DNA of 60,572 bases, counting the filler, from Sphacelaria rigidula (Eukaryota): assembly GCA_964200075.2 (NCBI GenBank). It is 10 parts of 10 records of this genome, joined end to end, with 100 filler letters (N's around TTAATTAATTAA, not from the genome) between each part and the next. Parts side by side here need not be neighbours in the genome. Positions count along the whole stretch, not along the records: positions 24,271 to 30,237 come from CAXNAA020023132.1; positions 30,338 to 36,304 come from CAXNAA020023133.1; positions 36,405 to 42,371 come from CAXNAA020023134.1; 7 more parts are not named here. The stretch is one strand, 5' to 3'. The notes below the pieces were generated by a model. The model searched no databases. It was not told where the DNA came from and worked only from the letters and a program-made list of their open reading frames with translations. Shown one piece after another: positions 25,211 to 37,467 of this stretch (position 1 is the stretch's first letter; every line of letters begins with the position of its first letter). Position numbers and translations under genes: made by a program.

Positions 25211-27317
25211 TCATGGGACGGAGGTCTTCGAGCGCTTGCTGGGCCGGGATCCTCGCGTCTCCATCGAGTCTCTGTGGCGTTTGGTGCGCTTGGAATTGCC
25301 CCCCCGCTGCTGAGGATTGGACGCTCTATCCTCCTTGACATTGACGCTGTCCTTCACCTTACCCCTACCCACCTCACGTGTACTAAACTTCGGTTTGTCG
25401 CCCGATCCCTTCGGACGATCGTTTTGTGGGGGCTTTGCCGGGTTGCCTGGCCCGGGTGCGCCCTTCGCCATATGGATCAGAGGAGAAACGTATGCCGCCA
25501 TTTGCGTTTGGATCGACAACGCCTCTGCCGGCGATGATACGGAACTAATGATGGTGTTTGCATTCTCCTTGAAGCGCGCCATCATTATGGCGAAGATGCG
25601 CCGTTGATCGGCTTCCACTCTGTCGTGTCGTTTCATCTCGGCTGGCTCTGGGGGGTGCACACCGTCGGCATTGTTGTCAAGGGTAGGTCCCCAACCATCG
25701 CCACTGCCACCGTCGCGAACTCCGTCCCAGCCTTCACCATGCCCCGACGACCGGAGCACCTGCTTCACGCTCCACGGAGCGTCCTGGCCATCGGTTCGCT
25801 CCCGCCAACGGTTGTGCACACACGCACTGTCGAACGGGTGCTGGACTTCGCCACCCGCGTCCACCATTGTTTCCAACATTTGCGGCGAGACGGCGAAGTA
25901 GTGCCTGCATGGCAGTCCACGGCGCAGAAGCTGCAGGCAAGAACAGAGGTGAAATTTGCCGGGCCCCAAAACGACGAGATGGCTCCGGCGCGACGCCCGA
26001 GTTGTGAGTTTGTCCTGTACTATCGCGACGGCCTCAGCGGGGACGTCAGCAATCACGTTCAAAAATGCCTCCAGAGAAGTGCGCGCCCACATACTGGCGT
26101 CCGACGCGCCATGAAAGTCATTTTCCAGGTCCGTTAAATCTGGCGTCTCTTGCAAGATCTTCGCTCGGGGGTTCACCGACGACAAGCGGCGAACGTAGGC
26201 AGCACTGACAGGGATTGGTCTGCCGTCGGCATCCCTCGGCCCTCGTGCGATGCTGACATCGTAAGCCTGACATCCGTTTGAGAACTCCACTCGGAGCTCC
26301 TGCATGGGCGAGAACAGAGCACAAGCCGGTCATTTCAATCGCACAACCCGACTTTATATCCTGAGCGTTGTTAGGCCGACGTTTATGCACCGGAATCTGG
26401 ATTTGTACGGACTCACAATTTGAGCAACAATACCAGGCGATTTCCTCAAGCCGATTGCGAGTGGGAGCGAGTTTCTGAAATTCGCCGGCCACGAAGACAC
26501 ATCACGGTTGCTGTTCACACACAACATTAAGGACCGAGACACGCGACCATCCAACACGAGCTAGTGAAAGAGGCGGCTCCAAGGTAATCCGAGATCGGCT
26601 ATTATTTCAAACAAGACCACCGCTTGCCCGAGATCCTAGGCGACCCTCACCTCGTGAATTGAGATTGTGCATGAGCGTGCAGCGCCTCACCTCTCGGTCT
26701 TCATCAACAGGCGCGTTTCCAACTGGCAAAGTTTGTCCCAAAGGGCGCACAGTGACAGGCCCCTATGGATGCCAGTTTGTTTTGCCACCCCGAGCAGACC
26801 CTCCGTTGGCTGCGTAGGCTGCGCACGAGAATTTGTGCATGAGTACTGACCGATCACTTTCGCTCAGCGAAGAAAAACAAATTAGTTCTTCGGCACGTTT
26901 TTGAAAATGTGCCATAAGCAATACAGGTGGAGCGTGCTGGGCCAGGACGTCTCCACCGCAGCCGTTATTGCCAGGTCCGCATCTGGCAACACAACCTGTG
27001 CAGCAGCGAAAATTGAGAAATATTGTCACCATATCCACCAACAAGTCAGTCCATTTCAAGAGGGGCAACTGTTCCAAATAGTGCATCGGCGGAGAAACGT
27101 TCTGGGAGCAGCAGAACTTATCAGTCTCGAGAGTTAAAACGTATGTTCACATGGCGTGAAGGATACCTTGGGTCGGCGCCCACCACTCGCGCGGCAGTAT
27201 TTGTCAAGAATCCACTCGAAAGTCTCGGTGCACTCAGATCGCAAGAGGCTGTACCCCAGGATGCAGCTGCGATTCTCGCTATCAACGCCCATCACAAAGA
27301 GGAGAGGGCATCCGTAT
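25211..27317 (-). mobile_element. Mutator/MULE transposase with SWIM zinc finger, intron-containing, probably pseudogenised
   Basis: Exon 27317-27167 YGCPLLFVMGVDSENRSCILGYSLLRSECTETFEWIL splices in frame to an exon from 26995, VVLPDADLAITAAV..LYCLWHIFKN (second Asp and CxxH motif), followed by a premature TAA at 26884-26882. Exon 26299-25211 carries SWIM CSC..GLPCRH. Confidence 0.9.
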
Positions 27318-27475
27318 CTACGAACCACATTACACGTGGGGCGGTGACGGCACGCGTCATTGAACAACGAAAGTACGGATACAGAGACAGCAAGCGTGGA
27401 GCACGTTCGTTGTACAATCGGTATAGCCTCCACAACGAAATCGATCGTGTTGTGTTGCACATGTTTAAACCGTAG

Positions 27476-27519
<44 letters not shown>

Positions 27520-27911
27520 ACAACCCCCTCACTCCNNNNNNNNNNCCTCCCAAACGAAATCGATGGTGTTTTGTTGCACTTGTTTAAACCGCCGCCCCCC
27601 CCCCCCCTCCCCCCCCTCCTCCCCGCCCCCGATCAAAATCTTGTAATCCCGACACCGCTGGGTGGGGAAAGTGGGACCAGCGCTGTGTGAAAAGGAAGGC
27701 ACGTTTGGGATTGAATGAGGTTGCGTGTTCGAGTCAACTCTATAGCGCTTGCAAACCATACCGTAATGACATCATGACATCATCTACTGTTGTTGTCCGT
27801 GTCCTCTGAGCGGGTATCCGATAGGTGATCCCCATCGCAACAAAAATAATCGCTGAAATCGCACCAACAGTGTTTGCACCCCCTTTTCACCAAAGTGCAA
27901 CACCAACTTAC

Positions 27912-28506
27912 TTGGATTGACCACCCTCAGCGGACCTCCTAGGACGGTGGCCATGATGGGGAATGCGAACTGCTGCGTGAAAACCCCCGGCGCAGACATA
28001 TACCACAGCTGCCGCACGAAGATCAACCGTGCGGTGTCCGTCGAGTCGAGAGATAACCCGTCGTCCACTCCGGGAGACACGGTCCACCCGGAGGTTGCCA
28101 GATCGTTCCTGACTTCCGTGCTGTAGCAGGGTCGGGCTCCATAAAACTCATATTGATCACCGAGGAACAACTCCATGTACTTTATCCCCGTGATCACGAT
28201 GACCAGTCTCAGCTTTTTGGCCAGTCGCAATATGGCCTTCCGACGGTCGCCCCTCCTACTTTTCGCGATGATCAGCCGCGCGACGGCATTCATGAAACAG
28301 TCCCCGTTCCCAAGGGACTGGAAAGCGATGCCAACCCCACCACCATATTCGGGGTTTGCCCCTTTCAAAAGGGCCCCCGTTACTCTATCGACATCGACTC
28401 CCTTCTTCAGGAGATCCTCCCTGACCTTCACGGCATGCATCCGAGGAGGCACACGACGGAGGGCCGAAGGGTGAGAGCGTGTGTCTCTCTGAAAACAGAT
28501 CTTCAA
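27912..28506 (-). CDS. OTU/vertnin-like cysteine-protease domain exon (5' boundary uncertain, possibly decayed)
   Basis: GNGDCFMNAVAR resembles the OTU Cys-loop GDGNCLFxA, followed by an LR helix and G..F.....MATVLGGPLRVVNP. GTAAGT donor at 27911. Catalytic His not located. Confidence 0.55.
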
Positions 28507-30237
28507 CGCAAACGGAGTTCCGCGACTTGTACGTCACACCTCTTGATGGCGTGTCGGGTGGACCTCGATATCGATGACCCTGTTCCCCATCCGCATCAAA
28601 CAAATATAGTTCCAACACTATGCCATAGTCAATTTGATGTCCCAGTAGATATCAACGCATTTTGCCAGTTTCACATGCGGCTAGTCGACTATCCCCCAAA
28701 TCCCTCGATACGAAATTCACCGTTCCAACGGGGACAGAAGCTCGGTGGAACCGTTTCATCCCTGTGGAGGGTGGGTTGTATCCTCCTACTCAGGGATTGA
28801 ACACCGGTAGGGAAACAGCCGACAGGTAGACGCTCTAGAGGGAGGGAGATGGACCCAGCACAACATGAAATCCTCCCAGAGGTCACTCCTATTCTAGTAG
28901 CGGTGTTTTTTCCTCTGAAGAGGTATGAACTTTCGTGCGGAGGGTTTTTCGTAGGTAGTCAAATGGCCACATGCATTTACCGAGGAAGCCGCTTGCGTGG
29001 GGGCCTGGTTGAGTCACTGTGGTTGTGGAGGCGATATCTCGTTTTTCTGAGGTGCAGTGCATTCTTGCAGGTTCTCAACTGCCAATAGGTCTGCGCTCCT
29101 TCTGCGATTGCAGAACAAGCAGAAAAAGCAGAATACTGTTTCTTTGTGCAGAAAAACGGCCGTGAAAAAGAGGAGCAGGAGGACAACAAAAAGTCGCAGA
29201 GTTTTAGAAAGTAGAGCAGATGCGCAGAAAACGGGCGTGAGAAAAAACAGCATGAAAACCAGATTATGTCGCTGATTTATGGAAATACAGCACACGTTTC
29301 ACGTCAAAGTTAAGCCTGGCTGGTACCTTGGAGAGCCCCGATCAAAAGTCAAGTCAAAACAGGGCTCCCAACGTGGTCCCCCACCGTTTTGCTAGCCAGC
29401 TTAACTTTTTCTCCGTTTGGGTATTGTCTCAACCGCTGGCGGGTAATTTTTCGTGCAAAAGCAGGGGCCATAAAAGGGGGAGGGGGGCACAGAAAACAGG
29501 GCATAGCGCAGAAGAAGCGCAGAATAGCGAAAAAAAAAGCATGAAAAAACTTAATAAAATATTCAGAAAACACTAAAAAAAAAAAAACACGAGTCATGGC
29601 CAAAGTGCCGACTCCCTTGCCCTTTCAGAATTGTAAATATCACGTTCTCGTCGGAGTCAGCAAAACTGTTTACCCGTGGTTCCTTCACTGTTTCCAACGA
29701 AAACGAGGCTGGCATTATTATTTCCCAGATCCTTGACATCTTTCGCGCTCTGTTGTGACGGTGGGGTCTATGTCATAGGTGTTCGACTGTCAAGGGGGTG
29801 TTTTACCCCGTAAGTGTTACACTCTGTACTCGTTATGCTCTGTGCGTGATTACTCCATCTTGGGAACGATCGCCGCGTGCTTCTCATCCTACCTTCTCTC
29901 TGTTGATGCAGTACTGTCCAGCATACAGGCGTATGGACTCGTCTGCACTGTTCCCTACCTTTTACGTACCTGGTAGTACCTAGTGATGCTCCCAAAGAAA
30001 CATACATAATGTTACAGATTTATTCGTCATTTTCCAGTCGACTAGGTTCCATGTGTCATACTTTGTCATGCTTGGTACCTGATGGGTCATACTACATTTT
30101 GTAGTTAATTTGATATGTCTCCCGTCGGGTGTCACACCGTTTCGGACTATGCATCTCCAGACACTTTCTACGATAGCCCCCCCCAAGAAAGTGCATGGTT
30201 TTGGGAGGCAAAATCTTCACGTAAATCGAAATGGGAA

Positions 30238-30337
30238 NNNNNNNNNNNNNNNNNNNNNNNNNNNNNNNNNNNNNNNNNNNNTTAATTAATTAANNNNNNN
30301 NNNNNNNNNNNNNNNNNNNNNNNNNNNNNNNNNNNNN
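30238..30337. other. Artificial contig linker
   Basis: 44 N + TTAATTAATTAA + 44 N. Confidence 0.98.
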
Positions 30338-31342
30338 CCTCCGGGTTCTCATCCTCAATCAAAAGTACCATCCTCAACATAGATGATTGGCTGTTTATAT
30401 GTGTATCCCATGGGCAATGACAACCAACTTCAGAATTGCGTACTGCTGTGATACTTTTCAAAATTACGGGTGTCGTAACTGTATTATATCATCGCTGTTT
30501 CATGGCTGGTTACACCCAGTACGGTGAAATGTTCCCCAGTTGTTGGCGTAATAAATTGATAAAATCGCAAAGGACCGACAATAAGTAAGTGCGTCCTTTT
30601 CTGGTATTATACTGCTTGAGCTTATCCGCAGCAGTGATGATTCGCGTCGAAGCATCCATGATCTTGAACCCCTATTTCCTGCAACTCTTGAAACGTGAAT
30701 GCCCCAGGTAGTCTGCGCACTATCTGAGTCGGCAACCATGTATAATAAAAGCAATACGGCGCTTTCGGACGCAACAAAAGTCAAGTGCACACCATAATAG
30801 TGACCGACGGGAACTGTAGTCCCTTTTTGGTCTAAGCCGGCACCACATGAAACAGCGATGGGCGATGCACAGCCAACAGCCAGCTCACGGTATACTTCGT
30901 ACACCACTGTTGGAGCACTGACTGATGTTGGGGAGGGGAGCTCTTCATCCAGATTACTCACTACTGTGGATCCGTCATCTTTCCAACGGGTTGAACTGTA
31001 GATCGCTCGCCATTTTTACCGTAGCGACTTTTTGGAGACAGCTTGACCGCACAGACACTAAACTGTGCAACAGAGCAGTCAGGTAGTTCAACACTGAAAC
31101 ACTGGTTGAACCGCCAAGATCTTTTGTGGGCCTGCGTCACACGTAGCACAGCAAGATCGGCCAGGCAGAACAGCTATCCTCGTTGCAGTATAAACACGGC
31201 ATGGAGAGTGTTGGACCCTCCTTCCACCCTTCGCACTGAGTAAAGCTTCAAACAACGGCGGATCAACGACCCAGTTGGAAGGATCATATTCTGTACCCAA
31301 GCTAGGTGCGCAAGTGCCGGGAAAAAACAGGAAGATAAAACA

Positions 31343-31671
31343 ATGGCAGCAGCCAAGCACCTGCATGAATACTACGCCAGGCGGCTGCTGAGAAACATAG
31401 CCGTGTATGACACCGAAGAGGTTGTCGGCATGCTTGAGTCAAAACTCGCCACAGCCAACGGTATGGGGTCGCTGGGTCTCCTCCCTGTAGTATGTGCGGT
31501 CATGGTGACGGATACGGCCATGGTGCAGCTGCTTCTGGAACATGGTGCGGACGTCAATGCGCCAACTCCGGCCGATCCTCCACATTGGATCCGGGGAGAG
31601 GGGGGAAAGGTCTCCGAGGGGGAGCGGGCCTTACACGTGGCGTGTCGGAACGGCAGCCTCCCAACTGTCAG
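31343..31671 (+). CDS. Ankyrin-repeat protein, probable first coding exon
   Basis: ACAATGG start context. MVQLLLEHGADVNA and GERALHVACRNG ankyrin motifs. AG|GTCAG donor at 31672. Confidence 0.8.
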
Positions 31672-32879
31672 GTCAGCGATATCCTGCATGTGCTTGACGG
31701 CACAAAAAAATTCGGACATACTTTTGGTTCTGTTCCCTTTTGATTACGTGTTATTTACTGGCAGCCGTATCACTTGAGCATATATTCGGACATCTGCGTA
31801 CTACAGCACAGCCAAGGAATCACCTGACAGCTAGATCACTTCGAGTAGAGGACAGCCGCGTGTACAACAGCCAGGCAGGGAACAGCAAAAGTAGTGCAGA
31901 GACTTGGCTCAGTAGTGTTCGGTCTGATCGCACGAATCACTCGAACGATGTAAGTTGAAAACTACACTGCTCGACACAGTAGAAAGAACCGCTTGATGCC
32001 ACTGTAGCGTAGTCATACGACGAGTAACGGGAAATTGCTTGGTGCTACTGACTGCTCGAATTAAGGCAGGGGGGGCGTCATCTCACTGGGATAAGCGTGA
32101 ATAGTAGTCAGCGTTTCACCAAAAAATTAGGATCAAGGTGAATCTACCTACGGTGGTGTACTGTTATGTAGCGCCACCTTCGGCAGGTTCGTTGATGCTG
32201 CCAGCAGTGGCAGGGGCAAACTTTGAAATTCTGCCACTGTTTTTTACCAAATCTGGAGACAACGTTTAGTACTTTACTGTACCGTACTGTTGCGGACGAC
32301 TGGCCATCGCCCCAACAATACCTTCGCATAGGGTTAGAAGGCAGCACGATGGCGCTTTGTGAGCGGCAACGAAAAGACGGAAGGCTGTCCGAAGTGCAGA
32401 GTAGACAGTAAATTCCCTCGGACGACATTGTTTTACTTGCTATCGCGAAGATGGATACTATATAGAAGCACATACTGGCGCAAACACTAAAAATGGCACC
32501 GCTTTTTGTGTGGAATTGATGAAAATGTCACCGCACACACCCGTATCTAGTGTGAGGTTAGGGCTGTAGAGCGAACCACCGAGGCCCCCAAAAGCCACGC
32601 AGCGAGCAATCACCCGTCCTTATCGAAATAAACATGGAAGGAAACACCTCAGAACATTTTCCGTGTTGTGCTGCCGTGTTTCACCTTCACTATTATTTTT
32701 TGGAAGAACCATTCTTAATTCATGAACAACCCATCCATTCCCCGATCATGGCCCAACCGACCGCCATGCAACTACTACCCCGAAATTCTATGCCTAACGT
32801 GCGGCAGGTGTCAGCTTGCATGTCACTCTGTCGTACTCTTGTATTAACTTCGCACGCCTACAGTATTATTTCAATCAGT

Positions 32880-35100
32880 TGCACTTTTCTGTCTTCTACT
32901 ACTCTAATCTTCTCGCGACCTTTGATGGCCGCTGGTGCGGGGTCTTGCAATACCACGTGTTCGTTTCCAGCGGCAGAGTCTGGAGTCACACACAGAACCC
33001 CTTCTGCCCGCAGCCGACTACGAATCACTGCCCGTGCGGCGGCAAAAATATCTGATGCAAAACTGCAGGGCAAACTGAATTGGCAACTTCCACCACCATT
33101 TCTCGGCTTTTAACTGGACATACATATACAATATACCTTCGTCCTCGCCCCTGAAGATACTCTCGGGCTCGAGTTCACCTCGTCATCCCCCCCCCCCCTC
33201 CCCGCCCCCGCCCATCGAAAGTCGGACCCATACGATCAATCCAGCGATGTTCATCAGGGGCAACCTCTGATGCATTCCAGCTTTCGTCCTCTAGACTTCT
33301 TGTGTCACGCCATCTAGGATGAACACAATTTGCATCATGCGCGCGGCATAAACTAGGCCTATTATTATCGGGACCCTGTAACTGTATCACCGCGAAAAAC
33401 GGTCGGCATGGGAAGCCATGTTACAGCGACCGCAAACACGAGCAAAGGTGGAAGCCCCCTGCGTTCCTAGTACAGCCGCGCAGCTCCCTGCTGTTGCCAT
33501 CAACCTATGGGCACATTCGATCCATCGAGAGTGTCAGCGAAGGCTTGTAAGCGAACGTTGTTCCAGCGTACATGATAATGTCTTCTCGCTCCCTATTTCC
33601 CGTGGTTTCTTTGAGGTCCACGAGCTCTGTGCCCGCTTGCGTCCGACACAGATTTACGAGAGGTCGCGCTGGCACCAAATCGCGTAGAACGTCGCCGACT
33701 TCGTCGTTGAACGAAGCCGATACTGTGGCATTGTACTCCACAGCGGATTCTTACCTGCGTCGGCGGATACGCTCCACGGCACGTAAGGTGCACAGGGCAT
33801 GTCGGGTGCAGTAGGGGGTCATTGATAAACTCAAACCCAAGCGGTGTAATCTCGATGGAGAAGGAAAGGACGAATAAGCAAGGTCCCTACCTACTTTTGT
33901 CTCTGCCTCCTTCTTTGCCTTGACCGCTGTAATAGGGTGGTCCTGTCTTCATGAGGAAATCGCAAATTTTACTAGCTTAGCAGAGCGCGAAAGGGTTCGG
34001 CAAAGAAACATGTGCGGAAACATACTTGTGATATCTGGAAGCTCATACCAGGGTCGCCACGTCGAGCGATATCCTGCATCGACGTAAGCTCTCCTGGTGC
34101 TCGTCCCATTGACGCTAGAAATGTTTCCATACAAGAAGCGCGTGGGCGTCAATAGTAAGAACACAATTCACAGAGTAGCATTCCAAGTCGCGTTGTGGAA
34201 CAATGAAGCCGATATATATAGTCCCTCATCAGCATCAACTACGGTGTCCCAAGAACTTGGAGTTGAACTTGGAATGTAAATCACACGTTTGTCTGCTACT
34301 TTCTGTCCCGCCCTCTCCACAACTTCCCCCCCAGCACCCTACCCACGCGCATCGATGGCTGTACTACAGAGTCAATGGCCTACAGTCCGACAATGAACAC
34401 GCTTCTAACGAATATGCACCCACCAGTCTCACTGCGTCTTGAACTTGGCAACCTTAATACGCGAATCTAAGTGTACTCCCCAAAAAGGAGTTACGATTTA
34501 AGGATGGTCAGACTGGGGCAGCTTGTTCGAAGCTCGTGGATTACACCCAGGAGTAACCGAACACCGGGTCATTTCCGAGCGACATCTACGAGCTACGAAC
34601 AAGCTGTCGCATTCAAGCCATCCTCGATCGCGGTCCCTTTCTCGTTGAGTACAGCCTTGATTTTTTCCCCATGAAAAGTGGTCTCAGGAGCACAACTATG
34701 TGTTTGCCACAGGACAAACCATTGGGTACCATCCCCAGGGATGGGAAACTAGCCGTCCCCTGAGGGTGTTATTTACCGTATCTCCCTGTCGCAACCAAAC
34801 GGTGGCGCTCCTGACTATCCTACGAGTACATGGTCAGCGTGTCGATGTTTATACGGAACCGCGCTCAGAAGCATCATGTAGTCCGCCCGCAAATGGCCAA
34901 TGCGTCAAATAATATATCTCCCAGGTGAGGGTGTTTGGGAAGGAGATACTGTAGGTTCATCTTATCGCCAAGGAGGGAGGAAAGAGTGGTCTCGAATCAG
35001 CAAGCAGGACGGATACGTTCTAGTAAACCCTCGCGTGCTCAGGGTCATCGCCGTTCGTATGTCACAGGCCCCTGACGGTACAATATGATCCCAGCAAGTA
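32880..35100 (-). pseudogene. Second, more decayed MULE-SWIM transposase (same family as 25211-27317)
   Basis: Minus strand ~33460-33210 reads GFHLCSCLRSL*HGFPCRPFFAV...DANCVHPRWR..W..GPTFD, versus GKFHLCSCLQLLRRGLPCRHYFAV...DSACVHNRWR..W..GPTLD in the first copy. C-terminal DP...KGR motif at ~32900. Extent above ~33750 is tentative. Confidence 0.75.
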
Positions 35101-35496
35101 CTTGAGGAGGGAGGGAATGGAACACTGTTTCCCCCCCGGGGTGATTGTCCCCCCGTTCACGTTACATCGAAATGTGTGATACTTTTCTGTGTGTCGTTTT
35201 TGGTGATTGTACTGCGTCGCTATTGGTCATTTTCCGATTCTCGAGTTTCTCGGGGAGGCGAATGCTATTCCGCCCTGTAGTACTACTTCGAAATACTGAA
35301 ACGTAGAACGTGTACTGTATGGAGCGGGGGAGGGATAGCTTGATCCCCCGAGACTACCGACTCGTGCTGCTTAAAGAGGCTGGTTGAAGGTACAGTATGA
35401 CGACGATGGAGGAAAATATTGTCGAAGTGTGTTGAGTGTGAGTTATGGCTGAATGTGGAGCACAGATCATATCCTCCAGAGTTTTTTCAATAGCAT

Positions 35497-35719
35497 TGTA
35501 ATGCGTGAGAGGACCGCGTGCTTAGAGGACCGCATCGTAGTTCAAACGACCTCAGGATCGACGTATTCCAGAACCAATCCAGCCAGTCCCTGCAAGGGTC
35601 ACGCCCCTGACCTTACCCCCAATCCTAACCCTAACCCTAACCCTAACCCTAACCCTAAATATAGGCGTGTTTGAGTTCCGATGCGGTCTCCTAAGCCCGC
35701 GGTCCTCCCACGCATTACA
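35497..35719. mobile_element. 223-bp TIR element with TGT...ACA ends and 5-bp TSD, carrying telomeric repeats
   Basis: ~55-bp imperfect TIRs TGTAATGCGTGAGAGGACCGCG / CGCGGTCCTCCCACGCATTACA. TSD AGCAT at 35492-35496 and 35720-35724. Confidence 0.85.
35605..35658 (+). repeat. Interstitial telomere-type (CCCTAA)n tract
   Basis: Five perfect CCCTAA (35629-35658) preceded by four degenerate hexamers. Confidence 0.9.
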
Positions 35720-35826
35720 AGCATGATGAAATATGGTTACTGTCTCTTCTCCTAGAAGCAGAATTTTCGAGTTGTCTGCAAGTATGTTTCTATCCGCTCT
35801 CTCTTACCTGGACTATCTGGCTCGAG

Positions 35827-35827
<1 letters not shown>

Positions 35828-35870
<43 letters not shown>
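35828..35870. repeat. (TG)n microsatellite
   Basis: Direct observation. Confidence 0.95.
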
Positions 35871-35874
<4 letters not shown>

Positions 35875-36304
35875 CCGGGTCGGTTTTCTGTGTAGTTCCT
35901 GAGCAATTCTTGGGGAAAGTGTAGATGCAACGCAGAGATCAGATGATCAAATACAATCGTTTCCCGCGAGGATCTGCTGGCTGATGAACGAGCCTTTTTT
36001 CGCCTTTTGCTGACTCTTCATGTTGGAAAGGTCAAGGCAGTGCCATCCATCCTCAGGAGGAAGGAAGTTCTTGACCATTTTTTTTCTTTCACTTGCGGAG
36101 TACTCGTCGTGGTCGTTGCCTCCGTCGGATGTATGCATACGTATGACAATGAGCGCGGACTTATGATTTCAATGTACTGTACGAACAATGCCCCTGCAGT
36201 TGTACACATCCCTCACGCTTCGTAGACGAGGGAAATAATATACGCTGCCGGGGGGGGGGTGTACTCATCATCATGCATGCCATAGTCATAAGACCATTGA
36301 CCTC

Positions 36305-36404
36305 NNNNNNNNNNNNNNNNNNNNNNNNNNNNNNNNNNNNNNNNNNNNTTAATTAATTAANNNNNNNNNNNNNNNNNNNNNNNNNNNNNNNNNNNNNNNN
36401 NNNN
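36305..36404. other. Artificial contig linker
   Basis: 44 N + TTAATTAATTAA + 44 N. Confidence 0.98.
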
Positions 36405-36964
36405 CCCGAAACCTACTGATTATCTTGCATTTGGATGACAGTCAACAATGAGTTGCTTTATTCTGTGGTATCGCCACTTGCAGAGACAGCCATGGCTTAT
36501 GCACTGCCTCATGGGTGTCTAACCGTTCTCTGAATGGGGGGGGGGGGTATCGCAGCATCACTCTGTTCATCATTATGGGCCTGCAAACGACTGCCAGGAT
36601 ACAGTGAAGCCACTCTCATCACTGGCAAGTGAGGGTGGGCCAAGTTTGAGCGATCCAAGTCTCAACATCCCGCTAACAACGTCACTTCTTCTCTCAAAAA
36701 CTCGTGATTTCTTCTCATTTTTTTCAATTATTCATCTCATGTCTGGAACCGTATGTATAGGACCTGCCCGTGTTTCCATCTTCATCGCCATCCCACCGCT
36801 CAACAGGAAAGAGCTCGGGCACGCACTTCAACGGCACGTTCTCATCAGGCCACAACACTGTATCGTAATACAGCACAAATCTACTCCGACATATATCTTC
36901 ACATCATCAAATTGGCCATTTCTTTCTGTGAATTGCTTTTGTTTACTTTTATTCCCGTTTTTTT

Positions 36965-37140
36965 TTTAACGTCTTAGTCTACTATGTCGTTCTGTTCGAC
37001 TTCTTCTGATCCTTCTTTTTCTTCAGCGAGTCTTTCAGTTTTGCCTTGTCTTGGGTACGTCCATCATGTAACCACAGCTCGATTTCTCGGGGGGGCAGTT
37101 AAAGTGCGACAACCAATCAGTCAATCAATCAACCAATACC
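36965..37140 (+). mobile_element. Retroposon 3' end (SINE or LINE tail) ending in (CAAT)n
   Basis: TAGTCTACTATGTCGT...CTTGGGTACGT...CAGTTAAAG followed by AATC repeats. Homologs at 52185-52425, 52545-52660 and 41415-41480. Confidence 0.6.
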
Positions 37141-37335
37141 ACTGTAGCGCGTCATACACCAACACCTGGGGCTGCACGTGGCGAGTGCAACCAGAGTTGC
37201 CCCCAATAACCACCGAAGGTATCTGACGCAGCCACACTCTCCTGCAGATGAAACACAAAAGGGAGGAGGGGGGTGGGAGAAGAAGGACCGACACGATGAA
37301 AAGAAGGACGAGCAGACGCTGAACCAGTTACTCAC

Positions 37336-37467
37336 CTCGGATCTCAAGAGATCGCCGGAAGATATTTTCACTCCACGGTACGCCCGCGACAACATGGGGC
37401 TGATCGTTCCTTTCCCGCTCGACGGTTTTCCCGTAAGAATGATCTTCAACGGGGGTCCCTTATAGTT
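37336..37467 (-). CDS. Adenylate kinase family exon (P-loop region), 44 codons
   Basis: CGCAG acceptor, GTGAGT donor. KIILTGKPSSGKGT P-loop and ISSGDLLRSE motif. Confidence 0.85.

Noticed and set aside
27425..27630. Direct duplication around the poly-C and 10-N gap
   Set aside because: Two noisy versions of the same sequence flank a scaffold gap next to a homopolymer, most likely an assembly artifact.
35605..35658. True chromosome end
   Set aside because: Short, internal and enclosed by TIRs with a TSD.
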